Origin: an uncultured Nitrospiraceae bacterium
GTDB taxonomy: Bacteria; Nitrospirota; Thermodesulfovibrionia; UBA6902
Direction: 5' to 3'
Assembly (NCBI GenBank): GCA_964410825.1
Contig: CAYPIT010000001.1
Span: 1 to 25,655, forward strand
DNA length: 25,655 nt
In this document: positions 1 through 8,700 of the stretch, piece by piece
Position numbering within the stretch: the first letter of the stretch is position 1
Layout: each line of letters starts with the position of its first letter
Program-made: the position numbers and the translations under genes
Notes under the pieces: generated by a model
What the model saw: the letters and a program-made list of their open reading frames with translations, nothing else
What the model was told of the DNA's origin: nothing
Databases searched by the model: none

Positions 1-1397
1 CCCGCTACGACAAGAAAGTCATATGTGTAATTATTCAAAGCATATCCGATTGAGAGTAAAACACCCGGCAAAAAAAGAATAAACCAGATCGGACCAAGCC
101 CGCCCAACCGTGAATCATACAGATAATATTGAACATTTTCGAGCCACACATAAAGAGGTCTCGTAATATACGACAATTTACTAATAATCTCGGGGGCAGG
201 CTCTACGATCCCTTTATACAGTCCCTCAAAAATAGTATTACCGAGAAAAGATATCTGCATCGGATATACCGGATTGTTATTTAGTGCCCAGTTTTTTAAG
301 TACCAGTAAGAACCTACCAGTAATAGAGGTGAGAGGAAATAAATAAAGAACATCTTCAGACTTTTTACAAGTTGGGAGTATGTGTCCTTATTGTCAGATT
401 TTAAAAAACTCCAGAGCTTTTTAGATTCCTGAACTACAAGAACAGAAGATACGATTCCCGCAAAAAGGGGGCCAGAACTCTTCGAGCCGAGCAGTATGCC
501 CGTTGACAGTCCGGCAAAAATGAGATAATACTTCCTCTGCTGAAGATGTTCAACTTCTCTTCTCATCTCACCGTTAGTCTCAAAGCTGTCTCTCATCAGG
601 AAATTAATTGCTATTAGAAACAAAACCGATATCGCGACATCAACATAGTTTGTTGTCGATTGCAGAATTATTATAGGTGTAAAGAAAAAAAGAAAAGAGG
701 AGTACAAAGCATATTTACTCTTTATTCCCACTTTTAAAGCTATGCTGTATATCGTTACAACACCAGTAAGGGTAAAAAAGAGCTGACTTAAATCTGTGAT
801 TACGTCATTCTGTAAAAAAATAATATTCCATAAAAAGAAAAGTTCGATGTTCTTTGGGAACATGTTAATCCACTGGTTAATAAAAGAATAATTTGGAACC
901 TCCTGTATAGCCCCGCTCTGCATGATATACCCTACAATCGGAAGGTGATACCACAGGGCGTCCCATGTATAGGAGGGAAACAGGTATCCAAGCATTATCA
1001 TCCAGCATGTCATCAATACCAGCAGACCAAACAAGCAGCATAATATAACGTCACCCTTTATCAATTTAAGTACATTGCCAATCTTATCTTTCCATTCATT
1101 GACGATTGAGGCAAAGAAAACCTGTTTATTTCCAGAATCAATTTTTTGCAAGCTGATAACTGTGATGATCAATATAACCGCTGATACAAATGTGTTCAGA
1201 GTGAACAGAGGGAAAACATAAAGTTTTTTAAAGGGAACACCAAGCAACAATGCTGATAATATTATCTGTGAAAGAGCCAGGACAGATGTTCCGATAATCC
1301 TGTCAACAAATGATATGAGCTTTCTTTTACGAAAGAGAAAGATATACCAGGAAGAAAATAAAAACAGGTTTACTATGATATAAGATAGGATATTCAA
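1..1397 (-). CDS. GT-C fold (PMT_2/ArnT-like) polytopic membrane glycosyltransferase, 3' end outside window
   Basis: Not in the ORF track because it runs off the edge. Read by hand: stop-free frame of 465 codons from TTG at 1397 to base 1. Many hydrophobic helices plus GT-C-type motifs: SYTWDALWYHLP (first-loop DxxxYH), NYVD, LLGSKSSG, WYLKNWALNNNPVYP. Confidence 0.75.
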   Translation of the reverse strand, partial: MNILSYIIVNLFLFSSWYIFLFRKRKLISFVDRIIGTSVLALSQIILSALLLGVPFKKLYVFPLFTLNTFVSAVILIITVISLQKIDSGNKQVFFASIVNEWKDKIGNVLKLIKGDVILCCLFGLLVLMTCWMIMLGYLFPSYTWDALWYHLPIVGYIMQSGAIQEVPNYSFINQWINMFPKNIELFFLWNIIFLQNDVITDLSQLFFTLTGVVTIYSIALKVGIKSKYALYSSFLFFFTPIIILQSTTNYVDVAISVLFLIAINFLMRDSFETNGEMRREVEHLQQRKYYLIFAGLSTGILLGSKSSGPLFAGIVSSVLVVQESKKLWSFLKSDNKDTYSQLVKSLKMFFIYFLSPLLLVGSYWYLKNWALNNNPVYPMQISFLGNTIFEGLYKGIVEPAPEIISKLSYITRPLYVWLENVQYYLYDSRLGGLGPIWFILFLPGVLLSIGYALNNYTYDFLVVA

Positions 1398-1993
1398 TCA
1401 ATCAAAACAGTTCCAGAATCGTCTGAAACTGCAGTCCGTCATTTGATGGTAATATTTATACTGCTCTTCTGCACGTTCCTTCATGCCAAGCTTTTCATAA
1501 ACCACAGCAATATCCCATAAAGCATATTTGTTAGAGGGATCAATTTCAAGCACCTGTTGATATTCTGATAATGCTGTTTTGAAAAGACCTTTCTCTTTAT
1601 ATATAAAACCGAGATCATAATGTGCAAATGCATTCTCCGGATTTATCTCTAATGCTTTACGGTACTGAACCAATGCTTTCTCATATTTTTTAGTTGCCCT
1701 ATATATATATCCCAGATCATAATTCGCATGAGGATGATCATGTTGCATCGTTAAGAGTTGTAAATATACACGCTCGGCTTTATCAAACAAACCCTTTCTT
1801 TTATATATTAATCCAAGTTGATAGTAAGAATATGCATCGTTAGCCTCGTAAAATGATTCAATTGCCTTATCTTCCAGTTGAATAGTCTGATATATAACTG
1901 CCAGAAGAGTATGGCGCTTAACGAAGATATAAAGAGATAGTATGATAATGGAAATACTTATCAGCAGGAATAGTATTTTTTTTTACTATTCAT
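1398..1993 (-). CDS. N-terminally membrane-anchored TPR protein (about 4 TPRs), out of frame at an A9 tract near its start
   Basis: The track ORF 1398..1790 holds TPRs (YDLGYIYRATKKYEKALVQYRKALEINPEN, etc.). The same frame stays open back to 1982 (KKILFLLISISIIILSLYIFVKRH...AYSYYQLGLIYKRKG) with no start codon. The ATG at 1993 (MNSKKK) joins it only if the A9 run (plus-strand T 1976-1984) is A10 or A7. Confidence 0.75.
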
Positions 1994-2068
1994 TTTACAG
2001 GATAAAAAATAGAGCAACAAAATATCTGGAAAAAGTTTTAATAATTTTCAAATTAAGTTTTTTTAGGT

Positions 2069-3052
2069 TTAGTGGATGTATACCATCGCCAGGCTAAATG
2101 TCTCGCCAAGTGCAAAATCCTCGGTCTTAAATTCTCCAAATCCAGGCAGTTCAGTGTTATAGGAAAGAACAACCTGCCATTTAGGGGCAACATTAAATGC
2201 CAGATCAATACCTGCGCTCAAGGCGTTCGGTTCCAGTACCAATGAATCTTTTATGATGACAATATCTTGCTGCCAGGACGCTCCGCCTCCGCCCCCATTA
2301 AATAATGTTTGAAGCTCTGGCGAAACTTTCGCATTTCCAACCGAATGTGTCCAGTCTACAAGCCCTCTTATAGACAGCCATGATGTGACAGAATACCCAC
2401 CGCCAAATGAAATTTTAATCTGGTCAGACGGTGTAAAATGATTGTTGTCGAGCTGGTCATTTTCAAACCTGAATTTATAACCCGTATCTAGCCATGCATA
2501 TCCTTTACCAAGACCCCGGCCAAATTTTAGTTTTAGTGTAGCGTCATACTGACCATCGCCCAAACTTAAATGCGTCACAGGACTCTCATAATCATATGCT
2601 TCAGGTATCTTCACCTCACCCTGAATAGACATTAGAACACCAGAACCCAGAATGTTGCCGATAAGGCTGTGCCTCAGACCGAGATTTATATCACCAACTC
2701 CACTCGGGCCTTGCTCAACTCCATATCTAATGTTATCATTAGATTTTTGCCAGTCCCATCCTATTCCGGTAAATATTGTGAGTTTATCGGTGATTCCGTA
2801 CTCCCCGTAATATGTAATTTTCGTGGACTGAAATTCTTCTGTATCAATTCTGTGTACAGGGGCCTTTAAACCAACAACCGCACCTGATGAATCTGTATCT
2901 AATGTAGTAAACTTTTGCGTAGTGTGGTAATTACTAAGGGTCAATTGATTATAGGAATGCCCCTTTGGCTGTGTCCAGGCTGAAAAAACATCATTTGATA
3001 TGAATAAACTCCCTGCTGATAAAATAGCTATAACCAAGAATCTTTTTACCAT
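2069..3052 (-). CDS. Exported hypothetical protein, probable outer-membrane beta-barrel
   Basis: Likely start is ATG 3052 (MVKRFLVIAIL), 7 nt after AGGAG. Signal-peptide-like N-terminus ending before AWTQPKG. Alternating hydrophobic/aromatic amphipathic strands throughout (e.g. YAWLDTGYKFR, WQVVLSYNTE, TFSLAMVYIH). Confidence 0.6.
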   Translation of the reverse strand: MVKRFLVIAILSAGSLFISNDVFSAWTQPKGHSYNQLTLSNYHTTQKFTTLDTDSSGAVVGLKAPVHRIDTEEFQSTKITYYGEYGITDKLTIFTGIGWDWQKSNDNIRYGVEQGPSGVGDINLGLRHSLIGNILGSGVLMSIQGEVKIPEAYDYESPVTHLSLGDGQYDATLKLKFGRGLGKGYAWLDTGYKFRFENDQLDNNHFTPSDQIKISFGGGYSVTSWLSIRGLVDWTHSVGNAKVSPELQTLFNGGGGGASWQQDIVIIKDSLVLEPNALSAGIDLAFNVAPKWQVVLSYNTELPGFGEFKTEDFALGETFSLAMVYIH

Positions 3053-3114
3053 CTTGCAACTCCTTTTGTTACCATGATTTATTATATAAATATTGATTTC
3101 CTGCATTATGCCGG

Positions 3115-4635
3115 CTATGCGGCAATTACATCTTCAGTATTTCTCTTGGATATAAAGATACGAGCAATGCGACTTGATGCTAAACTACTTAATATTACTT
3201 GAAAAAGTGACAAAAAAGCAATATAAAAAAATCCGACCTGAAAAATCATAAGAAAAGGGATCGAAACATAAATCTTATTAATAAAAGCAAAATAGATATT
3301 AAAAGTAAAATATACTCCAAGCAAAAATTCTATTATTACTGAAAGGTTTATTTTTACTCTGTATTTTTTCCCAAGCCATCTGTCATTTTTCTTCTCGATC
3401 ATATACTTAGGGGTACGTTTAAATTCTGTTTGGCTGTTAAACAGCGCTCCCAGTACCGCCTTTGAGTTATTAACAGAAAGTCCTATACCAATTGACATCA
3501 ACATCGGCAAATAGATCAACCTTGATTTCCAGTTACTGTATGCTTCTTTCTGTGAGCACAGATAAAAAAATGATATCCCCACAGTTGCAACCAGCAGGAA
3601 TGGTACGTCAGTCACTATCATCTGAAACCATCCAATGTTTATACGGGCAATCATTGACGGGTATATCAGAATCGAAAGCAGCAGCATAAGCAGATATGAA
3701 ACATTGTTGGTCAGATGAAAAAAGGCCTCCACTTTTACCTTCAAAGGCAGATCGCTTTTTAGAATTTGAGGAAGCAGTTTTTTTGCGGTCTGTATGGATC
3801 CCTTTGCCCATCTATGCTGCTGGCTTTTAAATCCATTAATTTCTACAGGAATTTCTGAAGGGGCAACTTCATCCTTTAAAAATATAAAGTTCCATCCCTT
3901 TAACTGTGACCTGTAACTCAAATCCAGATCTTCCGTAAGTGTATCATTCTGCCAGCCACCCGCAGTTTCGATAGCTTCCTTTCTCCAAATACCGGCAGTG
4001 CCATTAAAATTAAAAAATCGCCCTGACCAGTTTCTGGCTGCATGTTCCATGATAAAATGACCATCAAGCATAATCGCCTGTATTTTTGTTATCAACGAGT
4101 ATTTTCTGTTCAAATAAGTCCATCTCGTCTGAACCATGCCTATTGATTTATCCGCAAAATAATGGATCGTATTATTTAAGATATCTCTTTGCGGGACAAA
4201 ATCTGCGTCAAAAACCGCTATGAACTCACCCTTAGCTACTTTCAATCCGTCTGACAACGCTCCACCCTTAAACCCTTCCCTCTTAACGCGGTGGATGTGA
4301 TTTATGTCAAATCCTTTTTCTTTAAACTCTCCAACACACTTTTTTGCAACATTGACCGTATTATCCGTAGAGTCATCCAGCACCTGGATGTCAAGGAGTT
4401 CTCTGGGGTAATCAATATTGCAGGATGCTGTTATTAAGCGCCTCACTACATACATTTCATTGTAGAGTGGAAGTTGAATGGTTATGCGGGGCAGTTCAGA
4501 TAATCTTTTTCCAAGCTTCGGTTTGTTCCTGCGGTGCTTATAGTAGAGATAAACCATATAATACCGGTGTGAAGCGTAGATGAAGACCGCTATCAAGATA
4601 CAGAAATATACTATCAAAAAAAGATAAAGCAGCAT
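3115..4635 (-). CDS. Processive GT2 glycosyltransferase (cellulose synthase-like/CslA-like), membrane bound
   Basis: D, DxD, TED and QxxRW motifs: LDDSTD, FKGGAL, FDADF, TLTEDLDLS, QQHRWAKG. One N-terminal and several C-terminal TM helices. No room for a PilZ domain. Confidence 0.9.
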   Translation of the reverse strand: MLLYLFLIVYFCILIAVFIYASHRYYMVYLYYKHRRNKPKLGKRLSELPRITIQLPLYNEMYVVRRLITASCNIDYPRELLDIQVLDDSTDNTVNVAKKCVGEFKEKGFDINHIHRVKREGFKGGALSDGLKVAKGEFIAVFDADFVPQRDILNNTIHYFADKSIGMVQTRWTYLNRKYSLITKIQAIMLDGHFIMEHAARNWSGRFFNFNGTAGIWRKEAIETAGGWQNDTLTEDLDLSYRSQLKGWNFIFLKDEVAPSEIPVEINGFKSQQHRWAKGSIQTAKKLLPQILKSDLPLKVKVEAFFHLTNNVSYLLMLLLSILIYPSMIARINIGWFQMIVTDVPFLLVATVGISFFYLCSQKEAYSNWKSRLIYLPMLMSIGIGLSVNNSKAVLGALFNSQTEFKRTPKYMIEKKNDRWLGKKYRVKINLSVIIEFLLGVYFTFNIYFAFINKIYVSIPFLMIFQVGFFYIAFLSLFQVILSSLASSRIARIFISKRNTEDVIAA

Positions 4636-4802
4636 TAATGTACCCTTTGTTATTAAAAAGGACTCATAAAATTGAGGACTTCAAATCATGGAATTATAAC
4701 ATACTATCTGATATTGAAACAATTAGAAATTTTTTGTAGTAGACCAATTATAGAAATCAGACAGTTATATGCTGCAGATATAAATTCTGTACCCAATAGA
4801 CC

Positions 4803-4838
4803 TTGATATTGAATAAGAATTAATTATATAATTATAAT
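4803..4838 (+). promoter_or_regulatory. Candidate sigma70 promoter(s) for the ArsR gene overlapped by an AT-rich palindrome (possible operator)
   Basis: TTGATA(4803)-18-TATAAT(4827) and TTGAAT(4809)-18-TATAAT(4833). Perfect palindrome TAATTATATAATTA at 4821-4834. The low complexity weakens the call. Confidence 0.4.
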
Positions 4839-4876
4839 TAAGCTTTAATTTTTAAAAATAGCTCTGTTTAACAATA

Positions 4877-5194
4877 ATGAACGATTCCGCTCCAAATCAC
4901 CAGTCAAATTGGACAAACATACTTAAAGCGCTCGCTGATGAAAGCCGCCTGAAGATAATACACGAGCTTCTAAAAAAGGAATTGTCAGTACAGGACTTAT
5001 CGGATATTCTCGGCATAAAAATATATAACATGTCGAGACATCTTAAAGTTCTCGAGGCAACCGGGCTGGTTCAAAAAAGGAAAGATGGTGTTCAGAGATT
5101 TTACGATATCACCAATGATTTCAAGTCTCGATTTTCGGACGACAACCAAGTGTTGGATTTGGGGTGTTGCAAGTTTATATTTGAGGATCTGTAA
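4877..5194 (+). CDS. ArsR/SmtB family transcriptional repressor with C-terminal Cys-Cys
   Basis: LKALADESRLKII...ELSVQDLSDILG...NMSRHLKVLEATGLV...RKDG..RFY is the ArsR winged HTH. The only cysteines are C97-C98 in LDLGCC. Confidence 0.92.
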   Translation: MNDSAPNHQSNWTNILKALADESRLKIIHELLKKELSVQDLSDILGIKIYNMSRHLKVLEATGLVQKRKDGVQRFYDITNDFKSRFSDDNQVLDLGCCKFIFEDL

Positions 5195-5242
5195 AAGTAA
5201 ACATTTTTGATACTTTGCATCCTCCCCGCGCCTCAAAATATT

Positions 5243-5593
5243 TTATTCTTCATCAACCGGAAGGCCATATGCTGTCCATTCATCAATTCCACCTTCATAA
5301 ACCTTAACGTTTTTAATATTCAGTGATTGCAAACCAACAGCAACCTTCTTGGAAGCCTTGCAGTCCCTATGCTTACAATATATGATGATTTCGTCAAACA
5401 ATATTAAGTCTCTTCTTTTGTCGATTACCTCAGGATATGGAATTGTTTTCGCCCCTTTAATTTTTGATCTATTCCCATCATATTTGCCAATTGTATCAAC
5501 CAGCACAAAATTGGACTTTCCATTAATTCGGTTTAATAGCTCATCTTTATCTACACATTCTAAAGTTGTATTGAAATCTATTTTATAGGACAT
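5243..5593 (-). CDS. Single-domain rhodanese-like sulfurtransferase
   Basis: LVD...IKGAKTIP...IIIYCKHRDCKAS...VKVYEGGIDEW...GLPV matches the rhodanese fold with an active-site Cys. Strong RBS AAGGAGG upstream. Confidence 0.9.
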   Translation of the reverse strand: MSYKIDFNTTLECVDKDELLNRINGKSNFVLVDTIGKYDGNRSKIKGAKTIPYPEVIDKRRDLILFDEIIIYCKHRDCKASKKVAVGLQSLNIKNVKVYEGGIDEWTAYGLPVDEE

Positions 5594-5731
5594 TTACTCC
5601 TCCTTTGATATTTCTTTGAACATAGCATGGGAAAATAAACTCAGTCAATGGACACATTTTTTTTAGCAGCTCAAATATATTAATAACGCATTCGGCTTTA
5701 TTTATAATAATTATTTAGTTAAATTAAAATC

Positions 5732-8700
5732 ATGGCAAAACAGTCCAAAAGATTCGCAATGTTAGTCAACATTGACAGATGTGTTGGATGCTATGCGTGC
5801 CAGGTATCCTGCAAAGCAGAATATAATATCCCATTCGGGACCTTTCGATGCAAAGTTGAAACATATCATTCAGGCATCTACCCTCATAATAATAAGTTTT
5901 TTTTGCCTCGTCTTTGTAACCACTGCGAAAATGCTCCCTGTATAGAATCATGTGATGAAACAGCCTTGTTTAAAAATGATGACGGTATAGTTTTACTTGA
6001 TCACGATAAATGTACAGGCTGTCAGCAATGCTATGACAAATGCCCATATAATGCAATCGATATAAGACCGATCACTGGACAAGTTGAAAAATGCGACTTC
6101 TGTTACAGCAGAAGACTACTGAAAGGGCTTTTACCGGTATGTGTGCAGAGCTGTATGGGAAAGGCTATTACATTCGGCGATATAAATGACCCAAAGAGTG
6201 AGATAGTCTCCGTACTTGAACATTGCGATATCAAAGTCCTTAATCCTGAACTTAATGCTAATCCTTCTGTTTTTTATGTCTATAAAAGTGATTCATTGAA
6301 CTCCCCATTAAGAGATCACAAAATTACAATTAAAAGTTCAACTAAAAGTGCATCGACAGAACCGGCTGTCTCGCTTAATGAAGACTCTGCAAAAATTATA
6401 TATTCATCCTGTGCAATGTGTCCATCAGAATGCGGTATAGCAGTGGCAGTAGAAAACGGTTTTGCAAAAAAAATATATGGAAACCCTCACTCTTTAATAA
6501 ATAACGGAACATTATGCGCTAAGGGTGCCTCAGGGTTACAGCTTACTTACTCACCTTACAGAATCAAAACCCCTTTAATGAGGATCGGCAAGCGAGGTGA
6601 GGACAGATGGAAAGAAATAACCTGGGATGAGGCTTCCAAGCATATTGCTGTCAAGTTAATTGAAATTAAGAAAGCGCATGGCCCGGAATCTGTCTTCCTG
6701 AACTGCGGCGACGTTACTGACAGAGAAGCATATTACAGACTGTTTCATGCCTTTGGCACCCCAAATACATTTGATCATGGGAGTATCTGTGATCCCAATC
6801 GCAGATGGGGTCACGGTATTATGACTGGAGATGAAAGACCGCTACCTGATATACAGAGACCTTGTCTGTTAAGAAATAGTGAAGGAGAAATTCACTTGTA
6901 CAAAAACCATGATATCAAGCTTCTTCTGAACATCGGGGTTAATCCGCTCGTTGCAGCAAGATTCAATTACATGTCCAGTGGCATACCTGGAGCCAGAGAG
7001 GAAAATAAATGTAAATACATAGTCATTGATCCGTCCTTTACAAATTCTGCATCTCATGCGGATATCTGGCTTCCAATAAAACCTGGAACAGATGCCGCTC
7101 TGCTTGCATCCATGCTTTATCATATTATCTGTAATGATTCTCCGGATAATGCATCTCAAGGTTATATAGATCATGATTTTCTCAGAGATTATACGACTGG
7201 CTGGCAGGAATTCAAAGGCGCGTTTCTTTCGTATACTGACAAAAAAGACCCTTCGAATGAATTTAATTTTTTCACACCTGAGTGGGCAGAAAATATAACC
7301 GGGATTTCCGCTAATAATATAAAAAATATATCTCACCTGTTTGGCATAACAAAGCCTGCCGCTATCGAAATTGGAATGCACGGCACTGCCCACCACAGCA
7401 ACGGTGATGTCACATCAATACTCATGACAACCCTCTGCCTCATAACAGGTAACATGGATATTCCTGGAGGTTTGGTTTTTATAGACTCCCAAAAGGCAAA
7501 AAAAGGGGATTTCGTTGCAGGGAAGAAATTCCTCGAGAAAGTGACTAACAAAAAAGTAAACGGCTCAGATATACAAGGGAAACATTCAGAATTGCATAAA
7601 GACCTGTATGGTGATTTTCCGGCAGCATGGAGAGGCGTATTGGCTGATCTTCCCATGAAAATCAGAAAAGGGATTACGTTGAAACATGGCCCATTTAAAA
7701 ATTATAAATATCCGGTCAGGGCATTTATATCGAGAGCAGGCAATCCTGTCATGACAGCCGGAAACAGCCACGACTGGGTTAATGCGGTTACGGCCATGGA
7801 TAAAAACGGTGAATATACTCTCGATTTGATGGTCTTTATCGATACTCATATAACAGAGACCGGCAAATATGCGGATATAGTTCTTCCGGAGGCTGGTTAT
7901 TTAGAGCGAATCGGACTTAGTGATGTGTATACAATGAGTCCTGAAATAGCCATAAGAGACCAGGTTATCAAACCGCTTCATGGATCAAAAACCCCATTTG
8001 AAATAATGACCGTACTGGCTAATGCTCTTGTCAACAATGGTGACTCTGATATCAGACCTGAAGATTTCGAAAAATATATAAACGAAGAAGAGTTTATCAA
8101 TGACCTACTTAGAGAATCACCCGGATTTTATAATATCGGTTCACCACTTCCATATCCCGACCTTCCTGAAGGATGTTTAATAACAGGCATACCGGACAAT
8201 ACAACAGCAACCTGGGGTAACACAATTATAAAGAAAGGAGAACCTTTGACTGTTGATTGGCTGCGGAAAAATAACGGGGTAGCGGTCTGGCCTTCAAGTT
8301 ATTACCGTTACAAAAAAAAGGATGGTTCGCCATCCGGTGTTTATCCTAAAACCGGGTCAAAGAAGTTTGAATTTAAGTTCGGTTACCTTGCAAAAATCAA
8401 CTCACGCCTGGGGACAAATTTCCCTTCTACCTTCTATTGGTCAGAATCCAAATGGAGCCATGGAAACGAATCATTTAATGACGCTGTCAAAGAATATCCT
8501 TTTCAACTTATTAGCGGCAGAGCTCATTATGCAATGACTATGACCGGAATCTGCCCATACCTTGCAGAGACTAACACAGAATGTATGCAGCCATTAAACA
8601 ATGAATTTCAGCATATTGTACCGGAAGTTAAAAACATTCCTGAAGAATACGGGATTTCGGCGGGTAAGATTACATTCAAGTCAGGAACTGTTTCAATTCC

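Noticed and set aside
1398-1400. Selenocysteine readthrough at the TPR TGA
   Set aside because: The position is not a redox motif, no SECIS-like hairpin was recognised downstream, and TTG gives a simple restart.
5243-5593. Rhodanese as a Cdc25/Acr2-type arsenate reductase
   Set aside because: The active-site loop is C-KHRDC-K, not C-X5-R.
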